Shown: positions 13,433-24,819 of the stretch, piece by piece
Layout of the letters: each line of letters begins with the position of its first letter
How positions within the stretch are numbered: position 1 is the first letter of the stretch
NCBI GenBank assembly: GCA_028534125.1
Contig: CM052816.1
Coordinates: 51,710,001-51,774,000, forward strand
Direction of reading: 5' to 3'
Source of the DNA: Lama glama
Taxonomy: Eukaryota
Length of the DNA stretch: 64,000 bases
Position numbers and translations under genes: made by a program
The notes under the pieces: generated by a model
Seen by the model: only the letters and a program-made list of their open reading frames with translations
Told to the model about the DNA's origin: nothing
Databases searched by the model: none

Positions 13433-14539
13433 AGTCCACTGATTGTCACCGTAAATAACAGCAGCCACAGAAAGCGGAGATTAAATTTTTCTATGCCCAC
13501 TTGCCATATTCTCTAATTTTTTTCTACTTTTTATAAAACCTTGGTATCCATTTATCTTCTTGTTGTTTTGTCTTCCCCTAAAAGTCAAACACCAAATACA
13601 ATTGTTTCATCAAAGGCTGTGGCTAGCTGGGAAGCACGCTGCTGTTATTCGTGGTGGAGATCTGCATGGTGCCCCCTGATGAACTGGGGGTAGATCCTCA
13701 GGACAGGGCCCAGGTGGGCTCCCTTCATCAGTCCTAGTCTCTGACTGTTTAGGGTTTGGGGTTTTGTTTTGCTGTTTTGCTGCCACTACCAAGGGGAAAG
13801 GGGGGGAAGTTTTCTATCAAACCGCATCCCCTCTTCCCTGGCAGTCTCCCTTTTAATTGCCCTACTCTCTGTAATCCAGCATGAAGAGTGACACACACAC
13901 TTTAGCTTTCCTGCGCTGAAAGGAAGTTTGAGGCTATGAAGTGGTTAACAAGTAGATTTTTCCTTGATTTGACCTGTGCTTAAAGGATTAACCCTCCTCC
14001 CCCTGGGGTCCAGTGACCCGTTTTCAGGCCTAGTCATCCACTCCCACTCACGGTCAATGTGGGTTTTTAGGCTTGAGCCCGAGATTCAACTCTAATGACA
14101 TCCAGTCCAGACCTCTGCCGGCGGAGCCGCTGCCAGCCTGTGCTCTGCCCTGGGGAGTCCTGCTTTCTCCGTGTTGACAAGTCCTTCCTTACCTGGTACA
14201 CACCTTCTACCTCGTTTCAGGTTCCTGCAGTAGCTGAGCTCATTTGGAATTCACTTCATCCCGTCCCGTCTGCTCCCCTTCCCGGGACCGTCACTGTTCC
14301 TGGTTGAGCCCTGGCAGACTGGGACCAAACCCCTGACTCTATCTGCCTCACTCCATGAGGCACAGTCATTATCAGCATATTGAAAGAAATTCCATTTTGC
14401 CCTGCTTCTCACAGGTTTTTAATAAAACTTAAAATGTTCAAGAGCTCATATTTACAGCCTAATGTAGAACCCCCCGTCATCTGCAGCCTGTTACCACTTG
14501 CAGGTAGGTGCTCCTCCCCAAACCGCAGACGATCGAGAA

Positions 14540-14735
14540 CTGCACTGTCCCAGACGATGGCGTTACTTAGATAAGTTAAAATTCAGCGTCTTTGACATTT
14601 TAGTTCCTCAGTGGCACTAGCCACATTTCACATGCTCAAGTTGCCACACGTGGCTACTGGCTTTGCTGTTGGCCAGCGCAGGTTGTGGGACATGCCCGTC
14701 GCTGAAGAAAGTTCTGTTGGGCAGTGCTGCTCCAG
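14540..14735 (+). mobile_element. MER3-like MITE
   Basis: ctgcactgtcc..tagttcctcagtggcactagccacatttca..aaagttctgttgggcagtgctg. Confidence 0.75.
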
Positions 14736-15084
14736 AACTTCTGTCACAGTCTAGTCCTCAAGAGTATGAGGGCAGATTGGCATGATTATCAAAAGAATTG
14801 TCCTGTTTCTTTCTCAGTCATTTGGGAGATCACTTTTCCAAATTTCTCAGAGCTTCACCATTTACCAGTGGTCAGCCTCAAACTGACAAGTAACATGTAA
14901 CAACAGTGTCCCCACCCTACCTAGAAATGCTTGTGGATTGAGATTGGAGCCACAGCTTCAGGGAAGAAGTTTATACGCTAAAGTATAAGTCAGACTCCAA
15001 AGTATTCTAAATACTTCAGTGAGAACTTCATGCGGCCAGCTGGGGGTTTTTGTTTTGTTCCCCTTACACTATTAACCTAGCATT

Positions 15085-15240
15085 AACTGAGTACTTTCCG
15101 TGTATTCACTAAAAACAAGGTTTTAAGCATTTTATATTCAATCCTCCCCAAACCCCTTTAAGACCAATACATTATTAAACCCATTTTACAGATGAGGAAA
15201 CGGAAGTATGGAAATGTTAGGTCATCTCCCAAGTTTACAC
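15085..15240 (-). mobile_element. MIR SINE
   Basis: ccattttacagatgaggaaacgga core. Confidence 0.7.
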
Positions 15241-15595
15241 ATAACGAAGACCATCCTGTCCCTCATACTTACTTCATTATGATTTAACCTTGGACTCGAT
15301 TTACCCAAACTGTTACAAGAGCCCACGAAAGATGAATCCAGCCAGGAGAAAGCTGAGGGACTGGGTAATAGCCAACCCCCTGAGTTCAGCAAGAGAATAA
15401 GACTGGTTGCTTTCCAAAGGAAATATTTAAAATTTCAGGATAGTCAGTTCTGTATAATTTTACTTCGTTTATGCTGCATGAGGTTAAAAGTTCGCACAGA
15501 AAAAACATTAGAATTCACAGTTACTTTTGTTTACCAAGAGGAACGTGAGCGGTCAAAGAACTGCTGTTAAAATACGGATTCTTCTTTCTTTCTAG

Positions 15596-15625
15596 TACTC
15601 CCCTAGCATGACAATGAGTGTGTGA
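15596..15625 (+). CDS. SSBP2: SSBP2 terminal coding exon: YSPSMTMSV*
   Basis: Acceptor ttcttctttctttctag, then TAC TCC CCT AGC ATG ACA ATG AGT GTG TGA. This is the conserved C-terminus of the SSBP2/3/4 family. Confidence 0.97.
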   Translation, partial: YSPSMTMSV

Positions 15626-16215
15626 TCCATTACCCAGTCTCCTCGTGAAAACCACAGTGAGTCAGCCCTTCACAGAACTCCTACGGAAGAAAATCATTCA
15701 TCACAGTGTACAGTTCTACAAAGGAATCTCAGTCACACCAAACCAACCTTTTAATTTCCTGCTCTCTCCCCTCTTTTGTGAAGAAAGCGGGTCCAAACGT
15801 GATTCGAACAACTGTACGGAGCGGCATATGAGAACTGCCCTACACTGAACTGCAAATGATTATCTGTGTATGTATACGTGTGGGGAAGAGAATGTGCTGT
15901 GTGTGTGGATGTTAAACGGACACACGCACATACAGACACTGACCCACAGGACATTGTAAAATATTATCACATGACATCTTAAGTAGAAATAAGTAGGGAC
16001 TTTTATTCCATCCTCTTTTTTCACGTTTACATTTTAATTATTAAAAGTTGCTCCTGCCCCTCCCTGAACTATTTTGTGCTGTGTATATCACTGCTTTATA
16101 TAAGTTATTTTTTAAGGTGAACTCAGATGTATGGTTTTGTAAATGTCTGCGATCATGGATAGGAATAAAATCGCTTATTTGAGAGCTTTCATTAAATTGC
16201 GTGTGATGCAAGTTA
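15626..16215 (+). other. SSBP2: SSBP2 proximal 3'UTR
   Basis: Follows the stop codon, contains no recognisable repeat, and ends at an AATAAA/ATTAAA pair. Confidence 0.8.
16164..16196 (+). terminator. SSBP2 proximal polyadenylation signals (AATAAA 16164-16169; ATTAAA 16191-16196)
   Basis: Hexamers with upstream TGTA elements and GT-rich sequence downstream. Confidence 0.7.
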
Positions 16216-19200
16216 TCCTGTGAATCACAACGTGTACTGTCTCAGAAAAGAAGGGTGTCTTCATCTTTATGTCAAATCAAATAATTTCTCAGTTACCTTC
16301 GGTGGAAGTATTTTTGTAATTTTTACTTAGGAAAAAATACTTCACGTCAACAAAAGCTTAACCGGGGCCTAACACAGTATATTTCGGCAATAACTGCTCT
16401 AAATGGAATTCTCAATTTGTTTGTTTTAATTGATGCAGAAAGTCGTTCAATTAGCCACAACTGCTTAGACCATAGCAATAAAGTGACAGGGGTTGTCATA
16501 TTTTTAGCAACATATTTTTCTCTTTAACATGATAAAACCCAGAACTGACAACAAAACCATTGGCTTGAATTTGTCTCTTCTCACCAGAAATGCTAGAGCT
16601 AAAATTTGAATAACACACTCATGTGAAATGGTACCTGATGTTTTCACCCAGACTTCTTGTGAGCGTTCCCACATGGACACTGCAAAGGAGATACACTTAA
16701 ATGGTCGTGACTTTCAGCACAAGGGGAAAGAGGCTTTAGTCACAGCCCAGGGGCTCTGGAGTGCTGCTCTCCTCCCCAGGTACCTTACCAGCTCCGGGAC
16801 TGGCTGTCACTTCCCTTCTGTGCACCCCTTCTCGCTGGCAGCGCAGCACCTGCTCTGTCCCTGGAATGCAGGACTTTCATTAGAGGGGAAATCACCTACA
16901 GTAACTTTGTGTCATCTAGCCATGGACTTCAGCAGGCTACATCTACTTCATGTAGCTGCTCAGAAAAGAATGAGTAAACGTTAGAAAAATTTAAAACAGG
17001 TCCCCTATGAAAGCACCTTGCTCTGTGGCACTTTCCAGATCTTTTGGGTTTTCTGTGTTTGATCCTATGCACAAAGACCAAAATCATGATAGAGAAGTGT
17101 GAAGACTTTGATTTTAGACTCTAAAAGCCAAGTTGGTGATCCTTTCTGTTAAAATGGTGATACAAATAACCATTGATCAACAATTCTATGTCCAGACCCC
17201 AGAGACTTTGAAAAGCATTGTTTAATCTCAGGTAAGAAGAACCCTTCTTTCTTTAGGCATCTGGTCTCTCAAGTGAAAATTTGGCAGTCGATTTACTAGT
17301 TCCTGGGCCCAGATGACTTATTTCTCTCAACTCCATAAGGATTTATTCCTTCTGAAAATAAAGATTTTGCCTGTGCATGACAGAGATGCCAGACAGAACT
17401 GCTAAGGGGAAAAAAGGAAGCTGAATTAAAATTTATGGTCCAGATTTAAACTCTAATTAAATGAGTTGCCATTCATCACACAGTGTGTGGGAGCCTAGGA
17501 CTCAGGCTTTGAAGCTGCAGAGAACTTTCATGAAAAATTCAGACAACAAGGCCTTTAACTCAAGCCAAGGTAACCTGAAGATGACACTTTGTACAGACAC
17601 ATGAATTTACCAAGAATAATCTTAACTTTCACATTTTAGGACAGTTGTGTGATATTGACAGTCCTATGATTATTACGTTTTCTCTTATAGTGCTAGAATC
17701 TTGAAATGTTTTGTTGACCCTTTTCTCCATTGTTACTGATACTGAATTTCTTTTATTTGCCTTCTAAGAAGGTATTGTTTCTTATTATCACAGAGAATCC
17801 TGAGCTTGATTTTCCTTGTTCTTATTTTGGGAGTAATACTGGAGTGAATGGCAATATGGGTCCCATTATTTCTAGCCTATTTGGTCAAAAAAGTCAAATG
17901 ACTTTTTCAAGGTATAGCAATCAATTCATCATAAATTTCTTTTTCTCTTGGAACCCAGAATAAAAATAGCTACTTTTTTAAATTCCAGAAATAGTTGGAA
18001 AAGTTTGAGAAAATTGTATTCCAGAAAATAAAGATACTTAATTCTAATATCAAATAACTTTCTCATGCACCAAATGGAGGATAGTATATCTGTATGTTAA
18101 CTTCTGTTTAGGTTTTGAATCATTTCAACCTTTTCCTTTCCTCTTGTAATAGAACCATTTAACCTTTTTCTTTTCATCCATGTTTTCCATGCATTTGTCT
18201 TGGTCTTGATATATACTGCCTGTTCCTGAGTTATTAACATTTCACCTCACAGTAATATTAGCAATTCTTGCCTACACTGACCATAGAAAACACACATGTG
18301 AAATGTAAAAATAAATAGCTGAAAACGTTAACTCTCATTACTCTGCTTTGCACTCTGCCTAGCTCACTACAGTTGAAAATATATGTGAAGTTCTTTCTCA
18401 GGTATGTATGTTCTTAACCAGCTCTGTTTCTTATAGCCAAGTTGCACATGGGGACAGAGGCTCTGAGGTGCCATTGATCTGGTAACACCCCACACATTCA
18501 GTGGATGAATCTTAGTGCTCCTTTGCAAGTGTTCAGTTCGGACTCAGTTGGTGATGAATAGGAATTAACACAGCTAAGAATCTGACATTAGATTTTTCTA
18601 TTGCCAGAAGATTAACCAGTCTGTCCCCTGAGCTATGGAGAGTGCACAGAACACTCCTTTCCATCCAGGAATAAAATAGAGAAAAACTTCCATTTCTATT
18701 TTTATGATTCTCTAAGATACCTGAACTCTGCTGCATTTCATAGGGTCATTCAGTTAACATTCTTCCTGTAGTTTAAAAGAGCAAATGAAAATAAATGAGT
18801 TCAGTTTGGGACCTGAGAAAGCCCTGCATCTGTCCATGCGTTTTCTTCATCACAGCATTCCAGGAATGTGCAGCAAAATGTTTAGAAATGCTTCCTTGGT
18901 AAAGAGTTTTCCACAGTCCTAAATATTATGAATCATTGGCTTCTCTCTCCATGCCTGCCTCCCAATCCCTGCATCCTCCAGTAGAAGCACGATACAGACT
19001 GAACATTTTTACCTTCTCAGCCCTTAGAATTTTCTTCTTCTTAGAGTATATAGTTCTCCCAGGGGAAATCATTGTAATTTCCATTTTTTGATTATTGTTA
19101 ATTACAAGCAGTGCCACAAATCATAGCTACTTGACTTTGAAATGCATTATAGTATTTTGAGACTGGTTTTCCTTTCATTTTTATGTTTTATGTACCATAA

Positions 19201-19867
19201 TTCTCTTTCTTTAAAAACAAAAATTGATGCAAGTAGTGCATGCATATACAGCAAGGGAGAGTCCAGTGTGGGGCGGGGGGGCGTTACCAGAGATTTTCCA
19301 AAAAGTAGATTAGCCTTCCCCCTTTTTTTCACCCCCAACCTGGTAGAGTAAATTTCTTGTTTGCCATGAGGAGTGAGTCTGTGTTTCTTTAAACAGCGGT
19401 GCCCAATTGTAAGCGTGTGTAAGAGGCTCCTTGGGTCAGTGAACCATAACATACCTTGAGAAATACCAGAGAAGTAAAGAAAGGTGAACCACAACTAACA
19501 CACTTCATTTTACATATTAAACTTGTGTGTGTGCACATGTGTGTGTTGGGGGCAGTGGTGTGAAGTTTGCTCACAAAATACCACCACTATGACTTACATT
19601 ATGTTATGGCACAACTGGTAATTATTCAACAATTCTTTCCTTTGATTGTATTTTATTTCATTGGTAAAAGAGCTGATTAAAGTGATGTGGGATGGAGAGA
19701 GTAATGCAAGATAGAAGCAGATGGACGCTCCTGCTTTCACATCCAAACTAGCTTGTCCACATGTGGCCTTCTTATGAAGGCACTGCATCTAAAGGTAAGA
19801 CAGTAGATAAATGATCACTTAATCCTTGGTCATTGCACTGCCAGGAATCATGTGGTAACTCTGTTTT

Positions 19868-19896
19868 TTTTGTTTGTTTGTTTGTTTGTTTGTTTT
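19868..19896. repeat. (TTTG)n microsatellite
   Basis: Direct reading. Confidence 0.9.
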
Positions 19897-22833
19897 GATG
19901 TAGACATTTGTTTAAAAGAAATTGAACTGACATTAATTTATTCCACCAAAAATGTCAACTTTACCCATGAACTGTAATTCAGATTGAAAGGAATGACCTA
20001 CAGATGCAAAACACCTAAGATCTCTTTAATTACTTTCCTAAACTACATTCTAATGAGAAATTCTCAGTTGAATAAGGCTCCTATGGAAAATTTCCTCTAA
20101 GTTTCCCTGTTAACTCTGTATAAAATAGTCTTCCTGAATAGGTGAAAAATAATCTCTATAAGTAGTTTAATGCGAATAGTTCTGCTGCCTACAACCTTAA
20201 AAATGCAGACAAATACATAGACACTGTGAATTTTGAAGTGGAACTAAGTACTTTCATTTATAGAATTATAGTTGGTCTTTCTCCCCTGTGTGGATTTACT
20301 GTCCTCAGGATAAATTAGACTCATTTTGATTATCCCAGTCATTGAAATGTCATGTCCCCAGAAATACTTAGCATTTCCAGTTTTTAAGTGAGATGTGCAA
20401 TTAACATGACAAAGGCAAGTATTAATACACCTAGAAAAAATTATTTGTTCCCAGGATTTATTCCCAATTAACATAAAACTTTCTCCTACTTCCTCTTTTG
20501 TGCCAAATGACCTCAGTATATTGCCAAGAAAATGAAATTTGGATTTCTCACAGTGTTCTCAGAACATAATGCAACATGTTATTAGCTAAATTACCATCCT
20601 GTCCCGGTAAAATTGCTCAGGAAAATGCAATTAACCATCTACTTATTAGGAAACAACAATTCAAATAATCTGTTCAGTTTACATAATTTGAAAACCAATC
20701 TACTTCAAATTTAGCAACACCTTAGAATGTTTTTAATATAAACTACTTATTAAAAAATATATATGGCTTTCCATTATATTATGTTTCAAAATATATACTT
20801 TCCAGGCACTAAGACAATTAAAACTTTAACAGAAACTCTGGTGTTGTTTCAAAGTCTATATGGATAGAATTCTTTATTCATGATAGCCATCAGCTTATTG
20901 TATTGTTTAACTTATCTAATTGTGATTTTAAGAATTTCAAGATGTTTTCTTACTCCATGTGTTAAAATGGTACCTATAATGTCTTCCTGGAAAAAGAGAA
21001 TTGTTTGTAAGGTTTTTATAAATGCACAATTTACATATAAATATAATTGGAAACTGGGATGACTTAGTAATCTACTATTCATTCTGCCATGGCCACCAGC
21101 TACCTGATACATTTTATACATTTAGCATCTGTGTGTGTGTTTGTGTGCATGTGCATACATGTACGTTATTACATTTTAAAATGGATTTACCACTTCAGTG
21201 GTTTTGTACAAATATTTGAGCTATTCATGTAATGGGAAGAGTTGCCATAAAGATGTATGTAAATGTTCCTCAATTTAGCACGTTTCCACATTTAATTTTT
21301 AAAATACAGCTTGTCGTTTAGTTTCTACCCTTTCATTCCAAGCCTCTAACTTTATTACTTATTGAAAAAAGTAAATTGTTCATACAAAGCTAGCATAAAT
21401 GCTTTCTGAATGATATAATATAATTAATATGGACATCTGTGTCTATAACCAAATTAGACATTATGCCTTATGTAAAAGCCAGGAGTCTCTAATATTAGAG
21501 AATTTATATGCATTTAAATAGGCTATAATGAGTGGCTAGCTCTATGTGTTTAGGTAACTAAACTTTGAATACCAAAAAGTAATATTATTAGCAAATCTGT
21601 TAATGGATAAAAGTTTGGTATTTTACTCCAAATAGGATTACATATAATGTGGAAATCTGAAGCAATTTTGCAGATAATTCATGTAAAACTGTGCTTCTGC
21701 TCAAGTACATTCATCTTTCTGACAAATTACACACATAGTTGCCTCAGTTCACCATGAACATTTGCCCAAATACAGATTCTGAAGTGTGTTCTGCACACTA
21801 CTCTGTAGATGATTTAAAATATAGGAGGAGGAAGGTCTATAACAGATTGAGAATTCATCCTAGGTATTGATGGAAATATAGATGTCATTTTTTTCAAAAA
21901 ATTCTTAAATACTGTAAAAACAGTATTTAAGATGATTTATGTTAATTATTTATAGCATTATAGTTTTGATAGAAATCAGTATCTTCTAGTTCAGTCATGC
22001 ACATTTGTACATAGTGTTTAGAAAGGAAAATAAATCCCTCTCGTCAGACACATCGAGCTAAAGGTGACCTCACATAACTTACTAGGCAGTTTTAGCAAGG
22101 TGTCTGGACTCCTAGGAGATGGAAGGTAGGTAGCAAGGCAACTGAAGAGTCTCTGATTTTAAAACAGAATTTATAACCCTGAATTTATAACCAAGAACTT
22201 TTCTGGAAGTTGTTAAACTATTTCTAATTGTGCAAAAATGGTTGTTGGTGGTAGCATCAAGTAGATTCAGGGCAAGAGTAACGTAGATAAACAAAAGCCA
22301 GCACAAAAAAAATGAGTGTAATTCCTCTTCACCTCCTCTTGGTGAATGAGGTATCAGTCAAAGAGCCCAAAATGAAAGGTAAGGGCTTAGTGTCTGCACC
22401 CCTGGCCCCACACAGCGAGTCATCAAGTCCTTGTTCCCACAGCTCTGTGTATCCATTAGGGCGAAGGCACCCTTCACATCAAGAGAGGCATAAAAACTAA
22501 ATAAAAGAAATTCCAGAAGTTTTCTTTCCTGCACAAACTGTCTAATGAGAAATATGGTATTGTTTTTTAGAAAGCTCTATAGAGGCATTAGACATTATAC
22601 ATATAAATGTTTCTGTGTCTCATTCAGTTTGCAGTTTCCCTTGAAAGTCTATAGAACTCTGCTTGGCTATAGCTGCATTTCTCAGCGTACAAGGATCTCA
22701 AATTTTCCTCACATGATGCTCACAGTGTAACCTCAGTTATCACATATAATATATAAATTAGGATACACTGTATAAAGGAATTCAATGTTTCTTATTGATG
22801 TAAATGTTGTTTCAGAGAAAGAAATGGTTTAAG

Positions 22834-22839
22834 AATAAA
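22834..22839 (+). terminator. Candidate distal SSBP2 poly(A) signal
   Basis: AATAAA preceded by TGTA at 22726, 22769 and 22799 and followed by a GT/T-rich tract. It ends a repeat-poor stretch of about 7 kb. Confidence 0.45.
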
Positions 22840-24819
22840 AAGTCGAATGTATTGTTTAGGGAGTCTTAATGGTGTTCATTGTTTTGTTACCAAGTTAGTC
22901 ATTATTCGCTTACGACTGAAGGGATATTACACGTATTTAATGGTCTTAAAATTGTTTTAACAGAACAGAATGTATTAATCATTGCAAGTAGTATTAATTT
23001 TAATTTTGACAATTCAACATACTATTATCATCAGTTACTAGCCTATTTCCCTATGTTGACTTCATGTTTGAGAAGTACTTATCTAGGCACTTTTTTATTC
23101 AATTTTCAAAAACCCAGGGAACTGAACTTAAATCCATTGAAAAGGAGAATATAATTAACACTTTGAAAAAAGTGAGCCATAGATGAAAGTGTTAAATGAA
23201 AATAGAGCACTAATAATTGCAGGAGATCTATCTCACCATAAAAGTTCTCAAACCAATATCCAAATTCAAAACTGAAATGCTCAGTATAACAAACTACTAA
23301 TAAGAAATTTGAATCTAATAACCAAATCAAAACCAACATGGGAACCATATCTAATTTGTCCCAAAGGTGGATTAATAAGACCACTGCCAGTACTGCTAAA
23401 ATAATTATCTCCACAAAAATCAGATCATAGCCAAATTCTCAATATTGAGACATCAGAGGTTAAAATTCAATCCATTTAGCAAAAATACCTTTTGAAGTAG
23501 GCAGCACAGTAATCTGAGGCTCTTCTCAAAAAGTAGTGATCTTTTTGAAAGATTTCTGGTTGCAAAACTGCATGGTCCAGTGAAATTCAGTTTAAAATGT
23601 AAAGCATTTGAGGTCCAAATCTCTGTACAGCTTGTATGCTGTGAACATCTCTAAAATGATCCTCCTAAATCTTTTCAGAGGGGAGGTGGCTTGGGGTGAG
23701 TAGAAGTCTGGCAAGCTGTCTCTGGTTACTTCACTCCCGGATGATTTAAAATCTTGTTTGGAAAGGTATTTACTACTGTATTTTCAGGTTCTAGAAAGAT
23801 TTGCATAATATTTCTGTGTAAGAGAGAGTTACTGGACTGTGTTTACTTGCAAAAATGAAAAACTACTGTGAAAAATTTTTCCTTCAAGTAACCAGAAACA
23901 TGTAGTTTTGCTCTGGCAGTCAGCACTTCAGAAAACATGAAATGCAGATTGGAAAAGTAGATGTTCCAGATGACTTTGATGTTCATTTAAAATCTGTTTA
24001 AAATAAAGTATCTTTCTGGTTCACTTGGCAGTATTATTTTTCATCAAGCTTACCAACATGAGCTCTTGCATTGGGCCTCAAAAATTGAGGTTCCCACTTG
24101 TGCATTAAAGAGGCACTGGAAATGTACAAGCTCATGCAACTAAAGAGGAGTTTTGGAGAAGACAAATTATCAAATCACATATCTTTCCATTTGAGTTGCA
24201 CAATTAGATGTTCTTACTCCTAATAAATAGAAAATTGGCATTTACCAAAATTAGTGATTAATCACTAAACTGCCGCATAAACTTCAGTTCAGAAGTAAAT
24301 GCAAACAGTTAATTCCTAACCTGAGGTGAATTTCTTCCTGCTGAAGACAACAATGTATGCTTTAGGCTTTATATTATGGATCCATTTGTGGTGCTCTTGA
24401 TTCTGCTTGCCAAATACAAGCTACATGATTTCAACTGTTTTCAGATACTAATTTCAACAATTAAAACCCTTCAAATCTATTTATGGCATAAAAGCCTATA
24501 CAAAATAAAAAGGGGACTCGACCAATAGGCAGTTGCAAAAATAAGTAATTTGGGCCTTGGAGAGAGAGTGTATGTATGTGCAAACAGTGATTTATTAACA
24601 TATTTCAACTTTCAAACTCTTTAGAGTAAATGCTTTCGTATTTCATAAATTGAATTTATATTTTACCATTTGATTCAAAGTAAAAATCAACATTAAATAT
24701 TCAGAATATGCTTTGAGTTCAAGACATTTCTTAGTTACTTGACTATAAATTTTTATTTTCAGTGATTATGTTAAAAGAGTATATTGTAAAATCTCAGACC
24801 TAATTACAAAAAATTAAGG

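Noticed and set aside
23106..23414. 102-aa hydrophobic minus-strand ORF as a membrane protein or NUMT
   Set aside because: It has a non-ATG start and no recognisable homology or splice context. The hydrophobicity follows from the T-rich strand, and I recognised no mitochondrial gene.
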